Part shown: piece by piece, positions 20,004 to 27,915 of the stretch | Position numbering within the stretch: position 1 is the stretch's first letter | Layout: every line of letters begins with the position of its first letter | From: Vicinamibacterales bacterium | GTDB taxonomy: Bacteria > Acidobacteriota > Vicinamibacteria > Vicinamibacterales > UBA8438 | DNA length: 64,000 bases | Assembly (NCBI GenBank): GCA_965207595.1 | Contig: CBDBMW010000009.1 | Location: 76,710-140,709 of the forward strand | Direction of reading: 5' to 3' | Made by a program: the position numbers and the translations under genes | Notes under the pieces: model-generated | Database searches by the model: none | Told to the model about the DNA's origin: nothing | The model's input: the letters and a program-made list of their open reading frames with translations, nothing else

Positions 20004-22529
20004 CTAGAGGCGGAAGCGCACCTCGAGCAGCACCGTCCGCCGCAGGATGTCGCCGAAGATGTGCTGCTTGATGTGCCGGTTCAGCAGGTTCGTCCCCTTC
20101 AGGACCGTCGTGATGGCCCCGTCCTGCCAGCGCATCCCGACGCTCCCGTTCACCATCGTGTAGCCGCTGGAGTAGCCGTGGTACTCGCGCGTCAGGACAT
20201 CGCTCCAGAACGCGTCGGTCGCCGCACTGACCGAGGCGCTCGCGATGTAGCGGGGTCCGTTCCAGGAGATGCCCGCGTTTCCGCGATGCGTCGGGGGCAG
20301 CGTGAGCTCCTCCGGGAGGTAGGGATTGTCGGACTCCAGGATCTCCGGCTCCCCCTGCCACGAGTAGTTGATCCAGGCCGAGGCCGAACGCGAGAAGCGC
20401 TGGTCCCACCACAGCTCGGCGCCGACCTGGCGGGTAGGTCCGAGATTGAAGTACGTGAACGCCGTCCGCGGCAGAAAGATGCCGAACTGGGCCATCTGCT
20501 GCAGCAGGAGGCCCGGCACCTGGGCCGCCAGCGGCGCCGGGAGCTGGTCCGCGCCGAGGTAGGCGGCCCACCCGGGCGGCAGGTTCTGCGGCGTGTAGGG
20601 GTCGACGTCGGACGCCACCGGGACGAAGTTGATCGGATCGTCCCGCCGGTTGAGGTAGGCCGCCGCTCCGATCGTCCCTCCCGGCCACAACGTCCCGGTG
20701 TAGCTCACCTCGTACGCCGTGAGCGACTCCTCCTGGAGTGGACGGCGCTCCGTCTCCCCGATCGGACGGTCGCTGCCCGCGGCCCGGACCACGAGCGGGA
20801 ACGGCTGCGCCAGGCGCGGGCCGATGACCGGGCGGAGCGCCGCCGGCACGAAGGGCGCCAGGGCGCTCAGGTCCACCGGGTTGAGGATGTTCATCTCCAG
20901 GAAGTTGTTGATGATCGAGGGGCCCCGGAAGGCCCGGTTGTAGGAGAAGGTCAGCGACTGGTCGGGGCTCGGCTTGATGATGAACGCGAGCCGCGGCGAG
21001 AAGGTGGGAGTGGCGAGGTTGCCGAACTTGTCGACCCGACCGCCGAGCACGAAGCGGAACGGGTCGAGGAAGATCTCGTCCTGCAGGTAGGCCCCCGCCT
21101 CCAGGCGGTCCTCCGCCAGGGGCGCGATGGTGATGTCGAAGCTGTTCTGGCGGACGTTCCCGCCGTAGGTCAGCAGGTGCCGGTCGCCGAGGAACGTGGA
21201 ATGGCCCATCTCGGCGTCGAACGTGTCGGTGCGGAAGCCAAGCTGCACCGGCTGCCCCGTGGCCGGGTCGGGCAGCAGCAGGTTCGGCGCGTCCCCCCGC
21301 AGGAAGTTCGCGAAGACCTGAGCGTGGAAATCCCCCCGCGTGTAGTTCACCCTGCCATAGCCGAGGTAGGAGCCGGGCTGGATGTCGAACGGCCCGACCC
21401 CCGAGTGCACGATGCCCTCGGTGCCCGCCACCCCGGCCGCGTAGGTCAGGCGCCCGTTCGTCAGCTCCTGATCGACGCGCACGTCGAACTTGGGCTGGCT
21501 CGTGCCGCGGTTGGCGAACGCGGCCGCCCCGAACGCGCCCGGCGCGTCCGTGGGATAGTACGCGCCCCCGACCAGCCGCCCGGGCTCGCGGGGGTCGAAG
21601 ACCACGGGGATGCGGCCGGTCGGACGCGGGAACGCGTCCGACGTGAAATAGCCGGCGCTGACGCGATACGCAAGCCGGTCCGTCGGCGCCCGCGTGACCG
21701 TCGCGTTGGCCCCGAAGAGCGTCCCCGGGCTCCGCCCCGCGGTCGACCCCGCGTCCCGATCGATCACTCCGCCGGTGAAGGTCACCGTCGTGCCCACCGA
21801 CTCCCGCGGCGACTTGGTGAGGATGTTGACGGCGCCGGTCATGGCGTTGGCGCCCCACGTCGCGGAGGCCGGGCCGCGCACCACCTCTATCTGCTCGATG
21901 TCGTCCGTGTTGGCGGGGAGGAGATCCCACAGCACCAGCCCGAAGAAGTCGAGATAGACGCTCCGTCCGTCCATCAGGACCAGCTGCGAGTTGGCCACCG
22001 CCCCCGTCGCCTGGCGGCTGGTCACGTTGACGTCGCGCGCCGAGAGCTGGACCACGTTGACGCCGGGCACGGTGCGCAGCACGTCCCCGTAATTGGTGGC
22101 CGGCGACGCCTCCAGCGTGTCGGACGAGATGACCGACGTCGTGACCGGCGCGTCGACCAGCCGGACCTCGCTGCGCGAGGCGGTCACGACCACCGTGTCC
22201 CCGAAGCTCGCGATCCCCAGCGTGATGCGCCCGAGGTCGACGGGGTCATCCGCTACGACCACCTCCTGCGTCCCGGGCGAGAAGCCGGACAACTCGGCCG
22301 TCAGCGTGTACGTCCCTGCCGGCAACCCGTCGAGGATGAACGCCCCGGCTCCGTCCGTCTGCACGACGCGCGCCAGACCGGGACCGGTCAGCGTCACCGT
22401 GGCCCCGGGGAGAGCCCCCCCGGTCTCGTCGACGACGTCACCGGCGACGCGGCCGGATTGCGCCGCCGCGAGCGGCGCCGAACCCAGGAAGGCCAGAAGG
22501 ACGATTCCCGCCAAGCCTCGCGCCATCAT
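20004..22529 (-). CDS. TonB-dependent receptor with N-terminal carboxypeptidase-regulatory-like domain
   Basis: GGAGGGAACC precedes ATG 22529. Signal peptide, then GRVAGDVVDETGGALPGATVTLTGPG (CarboxypepD_reg), then a plug and a 22-strand-type barrel ending in ...LEVRFRL. Confidence 0.9.
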   Translation of the reverse strand: MMARGLAGIVLLAFLGSAPLAAAQSGRVAGDVVDETGGALPGATVTLTGPGLARVVQTDGAGAFILDGLPAGTYTLTAELSGFSPGTQEVVVADDPVDLGRITLGIASFGDTVVVTASRSEVRLVDAPVTTSVISSDTLEASPATNYGDVLRTVPGVNVVQLSARDVNVTSRQATGAVANSQLVLMDGRSVYLDFFGLVLWDLLPANTDDIEQIEVVRGPASATWGANAMTGAVNILTKSPRESVGTTVTFTGGVIDRDAGSTAGRSPGTLFGANATVTRAPTDRLAYRVSAGYFTSDAFPRPTGRIPVVFDPREPGRLVGGAYYPTDAPGAFGAAAFANRGTSQPKFDVRVDQELTNGRLTYAAGVAGTEGIVHSGVGPFDIQPGSYLGYGRVNYTRGDFHAQVFANFLRGDAPNLLLPDPATGQPVQLGFRTDTFDAEMGHSTFLGDRHLLTYGGNVRQNSFDITIAPLAEDRLEAGAYLQDEIFLDPFRFVLGGRVDKFGNLATPTFSPRLAFIIKPSPDQSLTFSYNRAFRGPSIINNFLEMNILNPVDLSALAPFVPAALRPVIGPRLAQPFPLVVRAAGSDRPIGETERRPLQEESLTAYEVSYTGTLWPGGTIGAAAYLNRRDDPINFVPVASDVDPYTPQNLPPGWAAYLGADQLPAPLAAQVPGLLLQQMAQFGIFLPRTAFTYFNLGPTRQVGAELWWDQRFSRSASAWINYSWQGEPEILESDNPYLPEELTLPPTHRGNAGISWNGPRYIASASVSAATDAFWSDVLTREYHGYSSGYTMVNGSVGMRWQDGAITTVLKGTNLLNRHIKQHIFGDILRRTVLLEVRFRL

Positions 22530-22674
22530 GGTTCCCTCCTGCTCGCCGATGCCCGAATCTCCAGAATAGCAGGAGACGTCGCGCATCCGGCCCGCTTCCC
22601 GCCCCGCCCGGGGCGGGCGCCTTGCGACGAGCGACGGTGGCGGTTCCGGGTGCGGTTGGACGGAGACCACGGGA

Positions 22675-22689
22675 TGAGATTGCGTCTCA
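22675..22689. promoter_or_regulatory. TGAGA-TTGCG-TCTCA inverted repeat, Fur-box-like operator (site 3 of 4)
   Basis: Lies in the divergent intergenic region, 26 nt upstream of the bfd ATG and 146 nt upstream of the receptor start. Coordinates verified against the 22715 ATG. Confidence 0.45.
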
Positions 22690-22714
22690 ATCTCGGACGG
22701 GATAGGATCGCGCG

Positions 22715-22963
22715 ATGCCGTTGGCGATGCCTGCCGAGAGCGTGCGGCCGACCGCCGGAGCGACCGGCTTCGTCTGCACCTGCCTGCGGATCACGGAGCG
22801 CGAGTTGCTCGGAACGCTGTCGCATCCGGGCATCCGCACGCTCCGCGACCTCCGGCGCTCCATCGGCGCCGGCGACGGCTGCACGGCCTGCCACCCGGTG
22901 CTGCAGCGCTACCTCGACGCGCGCGCTCAGCCGTCGTGCCCGCCCATCTGCTCCGCCAGGTAG
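22715..22963 (+). CDS. bfd: Bacterioferritin-associated ferredoxin, BFD-like [2Fe-2S] protein
   Basis: Cys pattern FVCTCLRITE...GDGCTACHP. The gene is adjacent and convergent to bfr. Confidence 0.8.
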   Translation: MPLAMPAESVRPTAGATGFVCTCLRITERELLGTLSHPGIRTLRDLRRSIGAGDGCTACHPVLQRYLDARAQPSCPPICSAR

Positions 22964-23406
22964 TTCTGGATGCCGACCTTCTCGATGCGGAAGAGCTGCG
23001 TCTCCAGCCAGTCGACGTGCTCTTCGGACTCGACCAGGATGGGGGCCACGAGCTCGCGTGTGCCGTTATCGCCCAGCCTTACGCTCAACTCGACCAGCGC
23101 GTTGTAGTCCGCGACGCCCTTCATCTCGAGCTTCAGGTCGTTCTCGAACTGCTCCCGCACGTCCGTGCCGACCCGGATGACGTCGTAGCGGGCGATCTCG
23201 GGGATTCCCTCCAGGAAGAGGATCCGCTCGATCAGCTTCTCGGCGTGCTTCATCTCGCCGATGGACTCTTCGTGGTGCTTCTTCGCCAGGTCGTGGAATC
23301 CCCAGTCCGCGCACATCTTCGACTGACAGAAGTACTGGTTGATCGCCGTCAGCTCGATGGTCAGGGCGCCGTTCAGCCCCTCGATGATCTCCGTTTGTCC
23401 CTTCAC
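22927..23406 (-). CDS. bfr: Bacterioferritin
   Basis: GTG start preceded by GGAGGAGGAGG. Peptide (M)KGQTEIIEGLNGALTIELTAINQYFCQSKM...EEHVDWLETQL. Confidence 0.95.
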   Translation of the reverse strand: MKGQTEIIEGLNGALTIELTAINQYFCQSKMCADWGFHDLAKKHHEESIGEMKHAEKLIERILFLEGIPEIARYDVIRVGTDVREQFENDLKLEMKGVADYNALVELSVRLGDNGTRELVAPILVESEEHVDWLETQLFRIEKVGIQNYLAEQMGGHDG

Positions 23407-23472
23407 GGCCTCCTCCTCCCTTGTCGCGGCAACGCCGCCATCTCGAACGTACAGCGCGGCCGCCCGGAGAGG

Positions 23473-23487
23473 TGAGACTGCGACTCA
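23473..23487. promoter_or_regulatory. TGAGA-CTGCG-ACTCA, one-mismatch copy of the Fur-box-like operator (site 4 of 4)
   Basis: Lies 67-81 nt upstream of the bfr start. Coordinates verified against ORF 23421. Confidence 0.4.
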
Positions 23488-23503
23488 ATCGCGGGGGTCG
23501 TCT

Positions 23504-24991
23504 CTACAGGGGTGCCTCCGCTCGGCCCGTCCGGCGACTCGATCCTTTCCGGAAGCGGAAGGCTACGAGGACGATCGCCGTAGCGACGACGACGCCAACG
23601 ACGGCAAGGACGGCGAAGCCGAGACCCGTCCGCACCGTCGCGCCCCGCGTTCCGTCGAGGGCGGCCGGCGGCTCCGTCGCCGCCGCCGGTGCCGGCGACG
23701 CCGCCTCCGCCACTACCGGCGGGCGGCGCTCGCCGATCGCGTAGAGGTGGCCGGTGGTCCGGATGAAGATCTGGCCCTCCGAGATCGCCGGCGAGCTGAG
23801 GCAGTAGTCGTCGAAGTCGTTCTCGGCCAGCACCTCGAACTCGGGACCGGCCCGGAGGACCGTTGTGACCCCGTCCTCGTTGGTCACGTAGATGCGGCCG
23901 CCGGCCAGGACCGGCGACGCGCTGTAGGTGCCGCGTCGGATCCGCTCCGGGCCGTACACCGGCTCTCCGGTCTTGGCGTCGGAGACGAAGACGATTCCGC
24001 GGTCGTTGACCACGTAGAAGTACTCGCCGTCGGTTACCGGCGTCGGCACGTCCGGGCCGTCGTCCGTCGACCAGACCACGTGGCTGTCGAGGACGTCGCC
24101 CCGTCCGCCCGGCCTGAGGGCCAGCAGCGGCCGGACCCGCGTCGGCGCGTAGATGAGCCCGTCGCGGACGAGCGGCGACGCAACGATGCGGTAGTCGCGC
24201 TGGCGCGTGGGGTTCAGCCCGTCTGCGCGCCACAGCTCGCGGCCGGTCCCGGGGTCGTGCCCCGTGACGGCATCGCCGCCGGTGATGACGATCTCCTTCA
24301 CGCCGTCGTACTCGAGGAGCGCAGGCGTCGTGTAGGAGTCCGGGGACTCCCGAACCGCCTCCGTCGGCCGCTCGACCCGCCAGACCGTCTCGCCCGTGTC
24401 GCGGTCGATCCGCAGCACGTACGACGGATCGTCCGTGCGCATCCCATGCAGCACCTGCACGTAGAGCGCCGGGCCGTCCAGGAGGGGCGACGAGGCGTAG
24501 CCCCAGTTCAGCCCGAACGGGCCGTACGACGCCGGGATGTCGCGCATCCAGAGCTCGGTGCCGTCGAAGTCGAACGCCTTGAGGATGCCCGTGCCGGTCA
24601 TGACCCACACCCGCTCGCCGTCGGTCACGGGCGACGGCGACGACAGGTTCTGTTTCCGCAGGCGGCGGTTCCCGTCGCTGAGGTGTCGCTTCCAGAGCGG
24701 CTCGCCCGTGTCCCGGTCGAGGCTCCAGAGCTCGATGCTGTCGTCGTCGACGGCCACGTTGAGGAAGATCCGGTCGCCCCAGACGATCGGCGTCGACCCC
24801 GACCAGGCCGGCATCGCGAGCTTCCAGGCGACGTTCCGCTCCGTGTCCCACTCGACGGGCAGGTTCGTCTCGGTGCTCACGCCGTCGCCCGTGGGTCCCC
24901 GCCAGGCCGGCCAGTGCTCGGCCCGCGCCACCGCCGGAACGACTGCCGCGGCCAGGAGCGCGGCCGAGACGCGGATTGCGATGGGTTGCAT
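23504..24991 (-). CDS. PQQ-like beta-propeller protein with signal peptide and C-terminal membrane anchor
   Basis: MQPIAIRVSAALLAAAVVPAVARAEHWPAWRGP... The repeated W-containing blades include NVAWKL, PLWKRH, ELWMRD, TVWRVE and ELWRAD. The C-terminus is GLGFAVLAVVGVVVATAIVLVAF. Confidence 0.8.
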   Translation of the reverse strand: MQPIAIRVSAALLAAAVVPAVARAEHWPAWRGPTGDGVSTETNLPVEWDTERNVAWKLAMPAWSGSTPIVWGDRIFLNVAVDDDSIELWSLDRDTGEPLWKRHLSDGNRRLRKQNLSSPSPVTDGERVWVMTGTGILKAFDFDGTELWMRDIPASYGPFGLNWGYASSPLLDGPALYVQVLHGMRTDDPSYVLRIDRDTGETVWRVERPTEAVRESPDSYTTPALLEYDGVKEIVITGGDAVTGHDPGTGRELWRADGLNPTRQRDYRIVASPLVRDGLIYAPTRVRPLLALRPGGRGDVLDSHVVWSTDDGPDVPTPVTDGEYFYVVNDRGIVFVSDAKTGEPVYGPERIRRGTYSASPVLAGGRIYVTNEDGVTTVLRAGPEFEVLAENDFDDYCLSSPAISEGQIFIRTTGHLYAIGERRPPVVAEAASPAPAAATEPPAALDGTRGATVRTGLGFAVLAVVGVVVATAIVLVAFRFRKGSSRRTGRAEAPL

Positions 24992-25147
24992 GAACTCCTC
25001 CCGCGACGATTCTCCGGCGCGCCCCGGGGGCCGTCGCTCGTCTCCTGACGGCTCCGCCCGGCGCCCCAACCGACCTCGAGGAATCGTCGCCGTTCCACGG
25101 CGCGGAGTCCCACCCCGCCAGACAGCGGCCGGGTCGCGCCGGTCCGG

Positions 25148-25399
25148 TCAGGCCACGTCGCGATCGCGACGGCCGGCGAGGAAACCGTCGAGCGAGCCTT
25201 CGAGTCTGGCCATCCGCTCGCGCAGGTCGGCCATCTCGCGGATGACGGCGTCGAATCGCTTGTTCACGTCGTCGAATCGCTTGTTCACGTCGTCGAATCG
25301 CTTGTTCACGTCACGCCGCAACTCGCTCATGTCGTGCCGCAGCCTTGCGAACAGGGCAACCACCAGAGCCGGTGTGAGCCAAGGTGTCAGCGCCTCCAC
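25148..25399 (-). CDS. Small N-terminally anchored coiled-coil protein with three tandem DVNKRFD heptads
   Basis: 83-aa ORF. It has a hydrophobic N-terminus (LTPALVVALFA), then a heptad-like charged helix and a LEGSLDGFL tail. Confidence 0.5.
   Translation of the reverse strand: MEALTPWLTPALVVALFARLRHDMSELRRDVNKRFDDVNKRFDDVNKRFDAVIREMADLRERMARLEGSLDGFLAGRRDRDVA
25250..25312 (-). repeat. Perfect 21-nt tandem repeat x3 (plus strand GTCGAATCGCTTGTTCACGTC) inside the small CDS
   Basis: Three identical units read directly from the sequence. They encode DVNKRFD at aa 30-36, 37-43 and 44-50. Confidence 0.9.
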
Positions 25400-25497
25400 G
25401 TGTGCAGCGTAGAAGCTTGCGCCGGAGAACGCAACAGAGTGAGCCGGACCACCGCAGCGAGAACGCGGCGGGCCCGGCTCCGTATACTCTACGGACG

Positions 25498-26994
25498 GTG
25501 ACTGTGGCAGGACTCCCCCGCGGCCCAGCTCTGCACACCCTCCCGGCCCTGACGCTCGTCGCCGCGCTCGCAGCGGGCGGCGCGTCCGCCCAGCCGGGGC
25601 TCGAGCTCGACGACTGCCGGCTCGACGGCGTCTCCGTTCCGGCGCGATGCGGGTCGCTCGCCGTCTTCGAGGACCGCGCGGCCGCCTCGGGGCGCATGAT
25701 CGACCTCGAGATCGTCGTGATTCCGGCCGTCTCCGACAACGCCCAGCCCGATGCGCTGTTCTTCCTCGCCGGAGGCCCCGGTCAGGCCGCCACCGAGCTG
25801 GCGGGGCCGACGCTGCCGCTCTTTGCCGACGTGCGGCGGTCGCGCGACCTGGTCTTCGTCGACCAGCGGGGCACCGGCGGCTCCGGCCGGATGCGCTGCG
25901 GGTTCTTCGAGAGCGCCTCGGACGAGGAGGCGGTCGGTGAATCGCTGCAGATCGACGCGCTGCCGCTCGACGAGCTGCAGGAGTGCCTGGCGGAGGTGGA
26001 GACGGCGGCCGACCCGCGGCAGTACACGACGCCGATCGCCATGGACGACCTCGACGACGTGCGCGCCGCGCTCGGCTACGAGCGCATCAACCTGTACGGC
26101 GGCTCGTACGGCACCCGCGCCGCCCTCGTCTACCTGCGGCGCCATCCGGAGCGCGTGCGGACCGCCGTGCTGGACGGCCTGGCTCCCGTCGCCATGCGCC
26201 TGCCGTCGAACATGAACGCCGACGCGCATCGGGCGCTCGACCGGCTGTTCGCCGACTGCGCGGCCGACGCCGGATGCCGCGAGGCGTTCCCCGATCTGCC
26301 GCAGACGTTCGCGGCCGTCCTCGAAGAGCTCGAGGCCGATCCGCGCCGGCTCGATACGATCCACCCCCGAACCGGGGAACCCTTCTCGCTGGAAGTGAGC
26401 GCTCTCGGCTTCGCCAGCGGCCTGCGCGCCGCGCTCTACAGCACCACCCTGTCGAGCCTCGTGCCCTGGACCGTCGTCCGAGCCGCCGCCGGCGATTTCG
26501 CCCCCTTCCTGGCCCAGCTCACGCCGCTGGTCGAGACCGGGGAGGCGATCAACCTGGGGATGTTCCTCTCGGTCGTCTGCGCCGAGGACGTCTCGCGGCT
26601 CCCGGCCGGGGAGGCCGAGCGCCTCGCCGGGGAGGGCACGCTCGGCCGGCTGTCGATGGAGGTCACGGCCGGCGCCTGCACGGTCTGGCCGGCCGCCGAG
26701 CTCCCGGCGAGCTACTTCGAGCCGGTCCGGTCCGACGCGCCGGCGCTGCTCCTCTCGGGCGACCTCGATCCGGTGACCCCGCCCCATTGGGGGGAGACGG
26801 TGATGGCAGGGCTGACCGATGCGCTCCACGTCGTCGCGCCGGGGGTCGGGCACGGTGTCCTGCCGCGGGGCTGCACCCGGGACGTCGTCGCCGAGTTCAT
26901 CGATGCGGGTACCCACGCCGGGCTCGACGTGAGTTGCATCGAGCGACTCCGGCGGCCTCCGTTCCTGCTCTCCGCGGCCGGAACCGACCCCTGA
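25498..26994 (+). CDS. Secreted alpha/beta hydrolase (S33 / TAP-like C-terminal type)
   Basis: GTG at 25498 or 25504. Signal peptide LTLVAALAAGGASAQP. Motifs FFLAGGPGQA and NLYGGSYGT (nucleophile elbow GxSxG). The start is uncertain. Confidence 0.75.
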   Translation: MTVAGLPRGPALHTLPALTLVAALAAGGASAQPGLELDDCRLDGVSVPARCGSLAVFEDRAAASGRMIDLEIVVIPAVSDNAQPDALFFLAGGPGQAATELAGPTLPLFADVRRSRDLVFVDQRGTGGSGRMRCGFFESASDEEAVGESLQIDALPLDELQECLAEVETAADPRQYTTPIAMDDLDDVRAALGYERINLYGGSYGTRAALVYLRRHPERVRTAVLDGLAPVAMRLPSNMNADAHRALDRLFADCAADAGCREAFPDLPQTFAAVLEELEADPRRLDTIHPRTGEPFSLEVSALGFASGLRAALYSTTLSSLVPWTVVRAAAGDFAPFLAQLTPLVETGEAINLGMFLSVVCAEDVSRLPAGEAERLAGEGTLGRLSMEVTAGACTVWPAAELPASYFEPVRSDAPALLLSGDLDPVTPPHWGETVMAGLTDALHVVAPGVGHGVLPRGCTRDVVAEFIDAGTHAGLDVSCIERLRRPPFLLSAAGTDP

Positions 26995-27013
26995 CGACGC
27001 CCGAAGTCCGGCG

Positions 27014-27127
27014 CCCGATGCTCGATGCCCGATGCCCGATGCCCGATGCCCGATGATTCGATGCCCGACGCCCCGACTCGGCGCCACGACGAGCGGCGCC
27101 CGATGATTCGATGCCCGACGCCCCGAC
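27014..27127 (+). repeat. Intergenic microsatellite: heptamer C(C/T)CGATG x6 (27014..27055) merging into a 30-nt direct repeat GCCCGATGATTCGATGCCCGACGCCCCGAC (27048..27077 and 27098..27127)
   Basis: Indexed from the hydrolase stop (26992..26994). Further CCCGATG units follow up to about 27150, just upstream of natA. Confidence 0.85.
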
Positions 27128-27183
27128 GAGCGACGCCCGATGCCCGATGACTGCCGGAGCCGCCGCCTGATCGAGCCCGCCCG

Positions 27184-27915
27184 ATGATCGAGGTCCGCAA
27201 CCTGGAACGGCGCTTCGGGGAGGTCGTGGCCGTCGACGGCGTCAGCTTCACGGCGGCCGACGGCCGCATCACCGGGCTCCTCGGCCCGAACGGCGCGGGG
27301 AAGACGACCACCCTGCGCACGCTCTACGGGCTGCTGCGCCCGGACGCCGGCGCGGCGACGATCGACGGCATCGACGCCGTGGCGGAACCACTGGCGGTGC
27401 AGCGCCGCATCGGCGTGCTGCCCGACGCCCACGGCCTCTACGTCCGGCTCACGGTCCGGGAGCACCTGCGCTACGTCGGCGAGCTGCACGGCCTCGACGG
27501 CGACGCCATCGCGTCGTCGATAGAGCGCCTGGTGGCGCGCCTCGACATGGGCGCGATCATCGACCGCCGCGTCGAGGGCTTCTCGACCGGCGAGCGGATG
27601 AAGGTGGCCGTCGGGCGCGCGCTGGTGCACGACCCACCCAACCTGCTGCTCGACGAGCCGACGCGGGGCCTCGACGTGATGAGCACGCGGGCCATGCGGG
27701 ACCTCATCCGCCAGCTCCGGGCGGACGGGAAGTGCGTCCTCTTCTCCAGCCACGTGATGCAGGAGGTATCGGCCCTCTGCGACGAGATCGTGATCGTCGC
27801 GCGGGGGCGGGCCGTCGCCCACGGCACGCCGGACGAGCTCTGCCAGCGGGCCGGCGAGGACGACCTCGAGGAGGCGTTCGTGCGGATCATCGGCAGCGAC
27901 GAGGGGTTGCAGTGA
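27184..27915 (+). CDS. natA: ABC transporter ATP-binding protein (NatA-like, ABC-2 subfamily)
   Basis: Walker A GPNGAGKTT, signature FSTGERMK and Walker B LLLDEPTRGLD. Confidence 0.85.
   Translation: MIEVRNLERRFGEVVAVDGVSFTAADGRITGLLGPNGAGKTTTLRTLYGLLRPDAGAATIDGIDAVAEPLAVQRRIGVLPDAHGLYVRLTVREHLRYVGELHGLDGDAIASSIERLVARLDMGAIIDRRVEGFSTGERMKVAVGRALVHDPPNLLLDEPTRGLDVMSTRAMRDLIRQLRADGKCVLFSSHVMQEVSALCDEIVIVARGRAVAHGTPDELCQRAGEDDLEEAFVRIIGSDEGLQ

Noticed and set aside
27014-27150. Possible CRISPR array
   Set aside because: The repeat units are 7 nt and 30 nt, with no unique spacers of CRISPR size and no cas genes. It is a microsatellite or direct repeat.
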